Assembly: GCA_964612185.1 (NCBI GenBank)
Contig: CAZTCR010000003.1
Location: 56,970 to 120,969, forward strand
Direction of reading: 5' to 3'
DNA: 64,000 bases
Source of the DNA: an uncultured Eubacteriales bacterium
GTDB lineage: Bacteria; Bacillota; Clostridia; Oscillospirales; Acutalibacteraceae
Of the stretch, positions 17,450 to 26,863 are shown one piece after another. Position 1 is the first letter of the stretch, and every line of letters starts with the position of its first letter. The translations under genes were made by a program, and so were the position numbers. The notes beneath the pieces were generated by a model. It ran no database searches. It was not told where the DNA came from and saw only the letters and a list, made by a program, of their open reading frames with translations.

Positions 17450-18973
17450 TCACACATCCGCCATTGATGTTGCCGAGTACAACGCTGTACATTTAAAGAC
17501 CGACCAATTCATCACGGCACTGTGCGAACCCCAGGTATCATATACTTCGACATATTCCTTGCTGATGGTGGTGACGGTGACCTGGTTAATCTTGACCGGG
17601 CACTCCGTTTTGTAATAACCGACACCGGCGAAATAGTGGTTGGAAAACCAGTCGCATCCGATAGCCGCCAAACTGCCGATAACAACCGGCTCGCATTTTT
17701 TGAGCGTGCTGATAATCACATCGTCCGGGTTATTGTTCGTGTTGGTTTGAAAGGTAAGTTCGCCGCCGGTTTGCTCATGCAGCCACACACTCAACAGGAG
17801 CCTAAAAGCCTTCAACAGTGAATTGCTGATGCCCTGCGGTACGAGGGTAATACTGAAACACAGGTTATCAATCACATTCTGTGCGGCATCCTCATACCCT
17901 TTGCTGTAAAGATAGTAAGCCAGCCCCATGTCAAGGGTGCCGAGCATTTCATAGCTTTCGCTGAGCCCCAGTTCATTGACCGTCGGGTCGTTAAAGAAAA
18001 AACCGAAATAGTCGGTCATTGATTCGTAAATCGCGCTGAGTTCGGCATAGATCGCCGCGTCGTCCGGCAGCGCGGTGTAACCCATACCGTCTCTGTAGAA
18101 TGCGAGCGCCATCACGCAGGACGCCTTGCCGCAAATACCGCTGCCCGCGTGCAATTCGTAATAGGACTGACGGCGGGGAATCATAGTTGCTTTATCGACC
18201 ACACGGGACTCCGTTACCGTGCAGCCTTCCCCCGCGTTTTCTTTAATCAGCGCCTCGACCGAGGCATTGATCTGCTCGATATCGACATTGTGAAACACAC
18301 GCCCGATATAATACCAAAGCAGTTCCAGCACATAATCATATATTTTTTGAAAACCGGACTCCGTATTGCCGGCGGATTTGACCATATTTACAGCGGAGAG
18401 CACCGCGGCATTTTCCGCCTTGACCACAGCAATAAGTTGGCTGTTTTTAACCGGCAGTTCCGCCCGGTACGCGTTGTAAGCCTGAAAGGTCGTTTCAACT
18501 TCTTCAAAGGTGACGGCATTTCCGTTTTGGTCCAAGATTGTCCCATCCGTCAGTTGATTGTAATAGGACAGCGGACCGATGTAATAGGTTTTGATAATGT
18601 TTTCGCCGCCAAACGGGGACGCGCCGAACCCCTGTTCCATTACATAAGGCAGGTCCGCATTCAGTGACACTGTTATGTAGCCCTTCATCTCTTCATTTGT
18701 TGTGCTCTCAAAATCAAAACAATAAAATGACGCCGTGTTTTTGATGTTATACAGCGGATGCCCTTTGAGCAAGTTGAAATCCTTGCCGAGTTTGACGGGG
18801 TTACGCACGCCTTCGACGGGGACAGGCTCCAGCGTTGCCAAATAAAATGTGGCGATATTCCGCGCGGTTTTCATGCTGATTTTTGATACAGCATCGGTCT
18901 TAGCGCCTGCGGTAACGCAAAAGCTGCCCAGCAGAATAGCAAACACCAACAAAACGGATAGAAACTTTTTCAT
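17450..18973 (-). CDS. Secreted papain-fold (clan CA, C10/C39-like) cysteine peptidase candidate with N-terminal propeptide-like domain
   Basis: Signal peptide MKKFLSVLLVFAILLGSFCVTAGA. Candidate catalytic contexts are Q...GICGKASCVMALAFY (Cys), NHYFAGVGYY (His) and VEVYDTWG (Asp). The N-terminal string FYCFDF...GYITVSLNADLPYVMEQG resembles the streptopain-type (I69) prodomain pattern. Paralogue of 28872..29873. Confidence 0.5.
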   Translation of the reverse strand: MKKFLSVLLVFAILLGSFCVTAGAKTDAVSKISMKTARNIATFYLATLEPVPVEGVRNPVKLGKDFNLLKGHPLYNIKNTASFYCFDFESTTNEEMKGYITVSLNADLPYVMEQGFGASPFGGENIIKTYYIGPLSYYNQLTDGTILDQNGNAVTFEEVETTFQAYNAYRAELPVKNSQLIAVVKAENAAVLSAVNMVKSAGNTESGFQKIYDYVLELLWYYIGRVFHNVDIEQINASVEALIKENAGEGCTVTESRVVDKATMIPRRQSYYELHAGSGICGKASCVMALAFYRDGMGYTALPDDAAIYAELSAIYESMTDYFGFFFNDPTVNELGLSESYEMLGTLDMGLAYYLYSKGYEDAAQNVIDNLCFSITLVPQGISNSLLKAFRLLLSVWLHEQTGGELTFQTNTNNNPDDVIISTLKKCEPVVIGSLAAIGCDWFSNHYFAGVGYYKTECPVKINQVTVTTISKEYVEVYDTWGSHSAVMNWSVFKCTALYSATSMADV

Positions 18974-18987
18974 TTTTTACCTCACTT

Positions 18988-20283
18988 TCATACCGGAACG
19001 ATTGCGCCGATAGTTTTCAGTCCGCTGCGCAGCCGTTCAATCGAAACCTCATTGACAGAAATGTTTAGCCTTGCCGCAAGTGCCGCGGCGACACCGGCCG
19101 CCTGCCCTGTGGCCATGCACACAGCCTGCACCCGGCAGGCACTGTTGGCTTGTGTGTCGGCGGAAAGGCACCGGCCGGCTACCAGCAGCCGCTTAGAACC
19201 TTTTGGTATCAGCGCGCCATATGGGATCGTCGGAACAATGTTTTCCTGAAGAAAAATCTGCTTGATACCGCCCGGCAAATGCAAGTCAACCGGATAAAAC
19301 GCAAAACAAACCGCGTCATCATAGACTGTTCCGTTTAAGTAATCCTCTTTTGTAACGGTTTTTTCGCCGGCAATTCTGTAAGTCTCCCGGATACCACACT
19401 CCTGTGCGAACCGGCTTACATAAATATTCGCCAACCCGGGGATTGTTTTTAAGAATGCAATCAACTCCGCAAGCTGCCGCCGCGCTTTTACCTCTGCGGC
19501 AGTTTTTCCGCCGGAAGTGGATGCGTCAACATTTATCACATGCATGGATATCCGGTGCGCTCTCAGCTGGCTGAACAAATCGCCGCCCTGCGTATCTTCT
19601 ATTTTTATTCTGCCGGACGAAAGCGCCTGTTCTGTAGCCGCTTTTACCCGGTTACTGTCTAATTGATCAATGTCATACCCTGCAATATCGTTGATGAGTG
19701 TTGCCGGCTGCAAGTGCTCGCTTTTTTCCCTGCGATAACCTGCCAGCCCCGCGGCATCTGCATCGCCAGTTGCGTCAATCACCGTTTTTGCCTGTATTCC
19801 CCATAAGCCCTCTTTAGAGGTGCAAATCAGTTCAACACCCTTAGCGGTATCCTGCACAGCTGAAACCATGGTATGCATTACCAGATCAACACCGTTTTCA
19901 ATACACAGCTGTTCTAAAACGCAGGTATAAATAAAGCTGTCCAGCCGAATTTGCTCCTGCCAATGCTTTGCGGGACACTTTGTAATCCGGGGCAGGCTTG
20001 CCCCGCCCGCCTGCACTGTGCGCAAAACAGCCTCCCAGCAAGGACCGGCGATTATCTGTTCGCCCCAAGCAAAGAACAAGCCCGGATAGTTCACCCCGGC
20101 CGCGGTCATTGTTCCGCCTAGCAGTCCGTTTTTTTCGACAAGCAGTGTTTTTGCACCTGTCCTCGCAGCGGCAATCGCGGCAAAACAACCGGCTGTTCCG
20201 CCGCCGATCACAACGGTATCGGCAGTTTTCAAAACTGGTATCTCGTTTTTTATAAGTACGGTGTCACTCATCAATCCGGTCAT
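18988..20283 (-). CDS. FAD-dependent oxidoreductase
   Basis: Dinucleotide-binding motif VVIGGGTAGCFAAIAAARTGAKTLLVEK. An alternative start at ATG 20271 avoids overlap with the upstream gene. Confidence 0.75.
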   Translation of the reverse strand: MTGLMSDTVLIKNEIPVLKTADTVVIGGGTAGCFAAIAAARTGAKTLLVEKNGLLGGTMTAAGVNYPGLFFAWGEQIIAGPCWEAVLRTVQAGGASLPRITKCPAKHWQEQIRLDSFIYTCVLEQLCIENGVDLVMHTMVSAVQDTAKGVELICTSKEGLWGIQAKTVIDATGDADAAGLAGYRREKSEHLQPATLINDIAGYDIDQLDSNRVKAATEQALSSGRIKIEDTQGGDLFSQLRAHRISMHVINVDASTSGGKTAAEVKARRQLAELIAFLKTIPGLANIYVSRFAQECGIRETYRIAGEKTVTKEDYLNGTVYDDAVCFAFYPVDLHLPGGIKQIFLQENIVPTIPYGALIPKGSKRLLVAGRCLSADTQANSACRVQAVCMATGQAAGVAAALAARLNISVNEVSIERLRSGLKTIGAIVPV

Positions 20284-21067
20284 TCTCCTGCGTTATACTG
20301 TCGTGCATGAAGTCGCTTACCGGCTGCTCATTCTCACTCGTTTCATATAAATACAGATTGCCCCGCTTCCCTGTCCTATTAACCGCGCCGATATGATGAA
20401 GAACATTCAGCGCAAGCTGCGCGGAGGAAAGATTCAGCTTTGCCGCTTTGGAAAAGTCTTTGGTGGTAAACGGTTTCGGCAAGCTTTCCGGAATCAAATT
20501 GATGTATTCCTTTGTATGATTGAGGGTTATCTCCCCGACGATATCAACCGGCAGCCGCTCGCAGCGGGATGAACCTTTTTTCTTATCCCTGCTCCAACCG
20601 TCAAGATAACGATACTCTTCAATTTCAAGAAATACAAGACAAACCGACAAATTCGGGTGACTCAGCAGCTGCTTGATTTTGTACAGCTCAAAAAACGCAT
20701 CATAAACGGTGCCTGTTTTTGGGCTTTTGCGCTTTTTAGTGACAACACCGGTTTCCCTGTCAACCCAGCACAGCCATTTTGTCGCCGCAATCGGGTACAC
20801 CACGGTCACCCTTGCGCAGTCTAAAAACGCCGTCAGTTTGCCCCGGATTTTATCAAAGCCCTGCGTCTGAATTTCAATAATTCCGTTTTCGCCCACAATA
20901 TCGGCAACATACCGGCCGATTTTAATCTCCCGGTCGCCGGTGCTCGGCGCGAAATAGCGTTTCAGGACAGCGTGCAGCGTCTTTTCCGAAAGGGTACCGA
21001 TGCCCGCTTTTTCACGCTCGGATTTCATCACATATTCGCAGGCATCGCAGAAGGGTTGTTGGTTCAT
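20264..21067 (-). CDS. Hypothetical protein, PD-(D/E)xK-like nuclease core (CoiA-like D...EIQ) plus C-terminal winged-helix-like region
   Basis: YVADIVGENGIIEIQTQ resembles the D-x(n)-E-x-Q/K nuclease motif. The C-terminus reads LNVLHHIGAVNRTGKRGNLYLY. RBS GAGG. Confidence 0.4.
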   Translation of the reverse strand: MNQQPFCDACEYVMKSEREKAGIGTLSEKTLHAVLKRYFAPSTGDREIKIGRYVADIVGENGIIEIQTQGFDKIRGKLTAFLDCARVTVVYPIAATKWLCWVDRETGVVTKKRKSPKTGTVYDAFFELYKIKQLLSHPNLSVCLVFLEIEEYRYLDGWSRDKKKGSSRCERLPVDIVGEITLNHTKEYINLIPESLPKPFTTKDFSKAAKLNLSSAQLALNVLHHIGAVNRTGKRGNLYLYETSENEQPVSDFMHDSITQENDRIDE

Positions 21068-21090
21068 TGTGTACCTCAGGTAAGCGGACT

Positions 21091-22791
21091 TTACTTCTTC
21101 GCGCTTTGCTGTGTCGGCCCGTAATTCGCCGCGCCTTTGTACTCCACCTCATCCGCTGTGGGGTAGTATTTCGGTACACTTAAATCCCGCTGATAAAGGC
21201 GGACATGCTCACCCCGCGGCTGAATATCAACCACATCCGGTCCGCGCCATAAAACGGTAAGATCCTTGCCACGCACACGCTCTTTTTTCTCAACGGTTTC
21301 AATTGAAAAAAGAAGTTCGGCGGTGTCGCCCTGTTTGAGGTTTTCAAACACGGCAATGCCGTTTTTGATGACCGGCTGCGCTGTTTTGCCGTTGAGGGTA
21401 TAGGAAACCGCACTGCCCATCCAGGCATACAGGCGAAAGCCTGCCGCGCAGTCTTTTTTTGCGGTGAGCGTCATCCTGCCTTCATCGGGAATAAACGATT
21501 TTAGTATCATCTCAGGCGTCTCTTTGTCCAGCGGTATGTTGACGGTGGCGACACCGTCTTCTTGCGTGACAGCGTCGTCCCACGCGATTTGGAGCGCAAC
21601 GGGTGCCATGCCGACACAGCAACCCGCGATAGAGCGGAAGCGCGTGAGCGATATGGAGCTTGGCTCGCTGCCGCCGGTAAAACCGCCGATCATACGCTTA
21701 TCAATATCCCGGAAGGTCTTGCCGTCTCCATCCGGCAAAGAATTGTCCACGGTGACATAACCGGAATAGGTGACTTGATTTTCCACTAGCTGGTTGCGCG
21801 CGAACAGGTTCAGGTCGTTCCAGTATTCCGGATATCCGGCTTTAATGAGTTCATGAGCGCACTGCAGCATATCTTTGATACAACAGGTTTCGCAGTGTTC
21901 CGCTTCCACCGGGTGCCACTGGGCATATTCCGGCACCCAGCCGAAATCGGAGGACAGCGAGCGCACATAATCATAAATGCATTTGCCTTTTTCAATATAG
22001 GTGTCGATATCCGTCACACGGCCGAGGTAAACGAGGCCGGACGCCACCCACATGGCGGAATGCACATGGCCGAAGAACTCCATTTTCCAGTTAAAATACC
22101 GGGACGGGCCAAGCACAAAATTGGCGATACCAATCGCGAGGTCAAGCGCAACTTCGTCTTGTTTCAACTCATATCTTTTTACCAGCGAATGGAGCATGAT
22201 GGCATTGCGAATTGGCTGTTCACCCCTGCCGGTATGGCGGGACAAATCGAAACCCCCGTCACGCAAAAACACGTCGTTCGGAAACTCATAAAGCGGCTGC
22301 GTTTCCGTGTAATCGCCGGACCAAAAGGTACGCACCTTGCGCTCAATCACCAGCGCGCGCATCCCGCGGATGAGTTCGCTCGTACGCTTTTCCGCTTCCA
22401 CATCATCGGGGTATTCCTCCGTAATCCGGTTCATCGCCGGCAGAATGTACCCCATTTCATGGAACGAGGCATGGTTGGTATGTGTCCACGGGTAGTCCTC
22501 GTGGAAGCGCAATCCGTGCTCACCCCAGGACTTCATCAAATGCCTGCGGAAGGATTGCTTTACTTCGTCTCCTTCTGCCACGCCGAGCATCTTCAAGGCG
22601 CAGTCGATCCCCTCGTACCAGGAACCGACAAGCTCTGCATCATCAACACGGCAGTGCGCCGCTTCGGCGGGCTTTTTATTGGGCAAAATCAGCCAATAAG
22701 GCAGGTTGTCATACGCCTTGTCCACCATATTTGTCAGGTAGCCAAGTACCAATTCCGCATTGTGCAGGGGGTTGAATTTTTCATAACTCAT
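21091..22791 (-). CDS. GH127/DUF1680-like alpha/alpha-toroid protein (beta-L-arabinofuranosidase-like Cys/Glu metal motif)
   Basis: EHCETCCIKDMLQCAHELIKAGYPEYWNDLNLFARNQL fits the GH127 pattern ETCa...L...G..Y.D..E.ALYN. A later IAGCCVGMAP fits the GH127 CC(P) motif. The start overlaps the upstream stop as ATGA. Confidence 0.5.
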   Translation of the reverse strand: MSYEKFNPLHNAELVLGYLTNMVDKAYDNLPYWLILPNKKPAEAAHCRVDDAELVGSWYEGIDCALKMLGVAEGDEVKQSFRRHLMKSWGEHGLRFHEDYPWTHTNHASFHEMGYILPAMNRITEEYPDDVEAEKRTSELIRGMRALVIERKVRTFWSGDYTETQPLYEFPNDVFLRDGGFDLSRHTGRGEQPIRNAIMLHSLVKRYELKQDEVALDLAIGIANFVLGPSRYFNWKMEFFGHVHSAMWVASGLVYLGRVTDIDTYIEKGKCIYDYVRSLSSDFGWVPEYAQWHPVEAEHCETCCIKDMLQCAHELIKAGYPEYWNDLNLFARNQLVENQVTYSGYVTVDNSLPDGDGKTFRDIDKRMIGGFTGGSEPSSISLTRFRSIAGCCVGMAPVALQIAWDDAVTQEDGVATVNIPLDKETPEMILKSFIPDEGRMTLTAKKDCAAGFRLYAWMGSAVSYTLNGKTAQPVIKNGIAVFENLKQGDTAELLFSIETVEKKERVRGKDLTVLWRGPDVVDIQPRGEHVRLYQRDLSVPKYYPTADEVEYKGAANYGPTQQSAKK

Positions 22792-23585
22792 TGCTGTTCT
22801 CCTCTTAAAGCATTGATAACATAACTTATCGCGTCATCGTCATTTGACGGTGCTATTCTGTCCGCATGTTTTTTGACACTGTCCGGCGCGTTTTCTGTCG
22901 CAAAACCGATATCCGCCACTTTAAGCATGGTGATGTCGTTTTCAAAGTCGCCGATGGCAACAGCGGTGTGGATACCCGGGCACATTTCTTCTTTCAAAAT
23001 CTTCACGCAGCTGCCCTTGCCGCTGCCTTGGATGTGCATTTCAACCCCAAGCGGCCAACTGCGGTCAAATAGAAACCGGTCGCCGAATTTTTCATCGAGG
23101 TCCCGGTTCATAGCAACAGCGTCTTCGGCACTAAAAAAACGGAACAGTATTTTATACACCTTGCTTTGCTTGTATTGCTCCGTTATCGCGCCTGCCGGCC
23201 GGTCTTCCACACATACCCAGTCCCCGGGGGTATATACCTCGTAGTTTCTCATTTTATCGGCATATCGGCTGCTTATGTATTCGATCACATCGTCATAATA
23301 ACAGTCGAGCGGAAATTCACGGATGACTTTGCGGTTATCGATGTCATAGATTACCGTGCCGTTGACGGAAATCACCGGTGCGTTGGGCAAAAACGGAAAG
23401 TTCAGCACATGCTCGGGCATCCTGCCGGTTGATACGGTAAACAATCCGCCGCCGCGTTGAAACGCCTCAATGGCTTCAAGATTGTTTTGGGAGAGTTCGC
23501 CCTTGGAATTGACCAGCGTACCGTCGATATCGGTACAGATTAAATAGCCTTTGAATTTTTGCACATCATTCTCCATCATTCTCAT
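22788..23585 (-). CDS. Cof-type HAD-IIB phosphatase
   Basis: ICTDIDGTL (DxDGT) and IGDFENDITML (GDxxND). The start was moved to ATG 23585, just downstream of the stop of the GGDEF gene. Confidence 0.8.
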   Translation of the reverse strand: MRMMENDVQKFKGYLICTDIDGTLVNSKGELSQNNLEAIEAFQRGGGLFTVSTGRMPEHVLNFPFLPNAPVISVNGTVIYDIDNRKVIREFPLDCYYDDVIEYISSRYADKMRNYEVYTPGDWVCVEDRPAGAITEQYKQSKVYKILFRFFSAEDAVAMNRDLDEKFGDRFLFDRSWPLGVEMHIQGSGKGSCVKILKEEMCPGIHTAVAIGDFENDITMLKVADIGFATENAPDSVKKHADRIAPSNDDDAISYVINALRGEQQ

Positions 23586-23604
23586 TGAATTTGTAAAGTG
23601 TCCA

Positions 23605-25614
23605 TTATTGTTTGATGACTTTTTCAAGAAACACATGCACAACACCGGCATCAAACTGCGCTGCGCAGCCCTCAAGCAGTTCGGCGATTGCCGCGTCCCG
23701 CGTCATGGCCTTGCGGTATGCTCTGTCCTGCGTCATTGAGTCATAGGCGTCGACCACGGTGAGGATACGCGATATCAGCGGAATATCTTCTCCGGCAAGC
23801 CCTTGCGGGTAGCCTTGTCCGTCCCATCGCTCATGGTGGCAGAGGATATACTCTGCAATGTGCCTGAGTTCCGGCACCGCCTGTGCAATCCGGTACCCGA
23901 CAAGCGGATGTTTTTTAATTTCCGCCCACTCATCCTCATCAAGCGGTCCCGGTTTTGTCAGGATGTCTTTATCAATGCTGATTTTGCCGACATCATGCAG
24001 TGTTGACACCAGCTCGAGCGCGGTCAGCTGCCTGTCGTCTAAGCCGAGTTCCTGCCCGAGGCGCCTTGAAAGGTCCGCCATGCGCTCGGCATGTTCTTCC
24101 GTTTCATTGCTTTTTTCAAGCATGGTGGTCTTTATTGAGGTCAGCAGGGAACTGTGCAGGCTCTTCTGTTCAAAGAGCTTGCGTCTGTACATATTTTCTT
24201 CCGCTTCCTTATAAACATCGGCAAACGGTTGATCTGTCCTGTCTTTTGTTGAGTACCCCAACGATACACTGGTAAAGTAACTTGTTTTATCCGTTTTTGC
24301 CGCATACCCTTCAAATCGCTCTTTCATTTTTGCGAAAACCGCGCGTGCTGTCTGTATATCCGTTTTCGGCATCAAAACACAAAACTCATCACCGCCCGTG
24401 CGCGCAATGATATCATCCGGTCTGCAGCAATCTGTAAAAATACGGGCGGTATTCGTCAACAGTTTATCGCCCTGGGCATGACCAAACGCGTCGTTGATAA
24501 TTTTTAAGCCGTCAATATCGCCGATGATGAAAGATAACGGCATCATCTCCGGCACATCCAGCCGTTTGCGTGCCTCTTCAAAAAAAGTGCGGTTATACAA
24601 ACCGGTAAGAATATCATGATAGTTCAGGTAGCGTATTTCCTCTTCTTTTTGCCTGCGCTCGCTGATGTCTTGCACCATACACAGGTGGCTGCCTTCAAAC
24701 ACACTCCCGTTTTCGATGGATGCGACAATCATATCCACCCAAACCGTCGAACCATCAGGTTTGATGTATCTTTTAACCAGGTGATAATCCTTAATCAGCC
24801 CCGCCTTTAACGCCTTGAACTTTTCCATATCCGCCGGCAAGTCATCGGGATGTGTCAGGTCTGCCCAATCACAGTCTTTGAGTTCTTCCTGCGAACGGCC
24901 CATTATGCTTGCATAAGCGGTGTTCATATACAGCGTTTTGTGATTGTCCGCAACCGTAATGCCGATGGGTGCCTGTTCAAACATCGTGCGGAAACGCAGC
25001 TCGCTCGATTCGAGTGCTCTGTTTGTCCGGACATTTTTTTGCCCGGCAGCCATCACCAGGCACAACAAGAGCGAGCCGACCGGATAAATAGTGAGGATTG
25101 GCAGACTTATTTGCCTGATGGTTGCTGCCATTACATTTGGCGGCAAGGTCAGCATACACAGCAGCATCACCAGGTGGGTAATCAATCCGAAAATATAATA
25201 GTTTAGCCAGTTGGTTTTTTTACCGGCAAATTTTCTTTTGCTGATTACCCATCGCCAAAGCAAGCCCGAGACCGCAGTCAGCAGCGTCACCGTAACACCG
25301 GTTAGAACACCCGGCCCGCCGACAAAAATCCGGTACCCCGCTATCAGGAGGGTCGCGACCGCAGTAGGAATGAGACCGAAGAAAAAACCGCAAATACTGA
25401 TAAGAATGGAGCGGGTGTCGAAGATGACCCCCGTGTCAAGCCGCACCGAGTTAATCACCAGCAAAATGCCGACAAAACCCGTAACAACACCGAGCAATGC
25501 TTCATATGCCTGGTTTTTCCCGCGCACTTTTTGTAAAAACGCGTTGTAAACAATACTAACGGATAAAAGCAATGCGACATTCAGGGTCAGTCCGCGGACA
25601 ATTTCATTGTTCAT
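23605..25614 (-). CDS. Membrane sensor protein: 5TM (LytS-YhcK type) + PAS + GGDEF + HD-GYP
   Basis: N-terminal 5-6 TM helices, PAS (LRFRTMFEQAPIGITVADN), intact RTGGDEFCVLM, and HD-GYP strings LHDVGKISI and HHERWDGQGYPQGL. Confidence 0.85.
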   Translation of the reverse strand: MNNEIVRGLTLNVALLLSVSIVYNAFLQKVRGKNQAYEALLGVVTGFVGILLVINSVRLDTGVIFDTRSILISICGFFFGLIPTAVATLLIAGYRIFVGGPGVLTGVTVTLLTAVSGLLWRWVISKRKFAGKKTNWLNYYIFGLITHLVMLLCMLTLPPNVMAATIRQISLPILTIYPVGSLLLCLVMAAGQKNVRTNRALESSELRFRTMFEQAPIGITVADNHKTLYMNTAYASIMGRSQEELKDCDWADLTHPDDLPADMEKFKALKAGLIKDYHLVKRYIKPDGSTVWVDMIVASIENGSVFEGSHLCMVQDISERRQKEEEIRYLNYHDILTGLYNRTFFEEARKRLDVPEMMPLSFIIGDIDGLKIINDAFGHAQGDKLLTNTARIFTDCCRPDDIIARTGGDEFCVLMPKTDIQTARAVFAKMKERFEGYAAKTDKTSYFTSVSLGYSTKDRTDQPFADVYKEAEENMYRRKLFEQKSLHSSLLTSIKTTMLEKSNETEEHAERMADLSRRLGQELGLDDRQLTALELVSTLHDVGKISIDKDILTKPGPLDEDEWAEIKKHPLVGYRIAQAVPELRHIAEYILCHHERWDGQGYPQGLAGEDIPLISRILTVVDAYDSMTQDRAYRKAMTRDAAIAELLEGCAAQFDAGVVHVFLEKVIKQ

Positions 25615-25670
25615 TCTGTCACCTCAAACGGCGTCAGTGTGTCTCTTCGGGCAAAACCGTTGCAACCACA

Positions 25671-26843
25671 TCAATACGACTCGGTCATAAACATTTCTTT
25701 TTGCGGAAAAACAGAAAACAGCAACTCGCGGTTGCCCAGCAGTTCCACCGTATTGTATGCCACCTCTTTAGCCAGCGAAGTGTACCCGGTGGCGAAGCGG
25801 GTAAGCGCCTGTACAGTACACTTTACATCGGGTTCGGCACAGGTCTTTTGAACAGATACCGCACCGTCTTCAAAACTGACGGTGAAAACGCCGTTGTTCC
25901 AAGGAATCGAACAGTCGGTTACACCGATATGCACACTGCTGTTTACACCCGGGTTCTGCAGGTAACCGAGCACCTTTTCAACATCGACAATCCTGTTCAT
26001 CCCGAAGGTTTTCAGTTCGCGCTGCATCAAAATCGGTTCGGGAATCAGAACGGTCAAGTCAATCGTTGCCGGCAAATACCCCTTGAACGCTTTAAAAGTC
26101 GGATGGAACTTGCTTAAAAAGCCAAGCAAGCCTCTTACGGCATCATAGTTTTTAAAAGCGAGTTCACTGATATGCATTTCGTTGGGACCATCCGCGGACG
26201 AATCGTAGGAGATGTAACCGACCGGCTTTGAGTCGGTGTCATACCAAACATAGGTGCTGTACAGTTCAGTGTACGGGTCCCGGTCAAACATCTTTTTCCA
26301 CTGCGCTTCATCCCGGACGACAGCGAGGTTTTTGTTTTCAATATAGGTGTTATAGATGTCCTTGACATCCTGCAGATGCTTATCATAAACAAACAGTTCC
26401 GCTCTGCCCGGCATTTTCAGTTCCGTAAAGGCGTTGAGCGGCATGTTAATGAGCTGCCTGTCGTAATTGCACTCATAACCGAACATCCTGTAATAGGGGT
26501 GCGAAAACGGAAAAAGATAAGAGAATATCTGTTCGTTCGCGCGCATTTCCTCAAAACAATAGCTGAACAGTTTTCTGATATAACCTTTGTTTCGTTCCTG
26601 CGGTAATGTCGCAACCGCGCCGATGCCGGCCATTTTAACATTGCTGCCGTTGTAGCGGATGGTAAACGGCTCCACGCGTGTAGTCGCGCAGGCTTTGCCG
26701 GTGTCGTCAAATACCGCGCGCACTTCCTTGTAGCCTTCCTTTACCTTCTCGGGGTCGCTGAAATCCTTCCTTGAATTGTAGGAAACCGACCGCAGTTTCA
26801 GAATATCGATGTGCTCTTCCGGTAAAATTCTTCTGATTTCCAT
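25671..26843 (-). CDS. GNAT N-acetyltransferase, Eis-like (GNAT + SCP2-like C-terminus)
   Basis: The start was moved to ATG 26843 (MEIRRILPEEH). The acetyl-CoA motif region is VATLPQERNKGYIRKLF. Length of about 390 aa fits the family. Confidence 0.65.
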   Translation of the reverse strand: MEIRRILPEEHIDILKLRSVSYNSRKDFSDPEKVKEGYKEVRAVFDDTGKACATTRVEPFTIRYNGSNVKMAGIGAVATLPQERNKGYIRKLFSYCFEEMRANEQIFSYLFPFSHPYYRMFGYECNYDRQLINMPLNAFTELKMPGRAELFVYDKHLQDVKDIYNTYIENKNLAVVRDEAQWKKMFDRDPYTELYSTYVWYDTDSKPVGYISYDSSADGPNEMHISELAFKNYDAVRGLLGFLSKFHPTFKAFKGYLPATIDLTVLIPEPILMQRELKTFGMNRIVDVEKVLGYLQNPGVNSSVHIGVTDCSIPWNNGVFTVSFEDGAVSVQKTCAEPDVKCTVQALTRFATGYTSLAKEVAYNTVELLGNRELLFSVFPQKEMFMTESY

Positions 26844-26863
26844 TGATATTTCTATCCTTTCCC

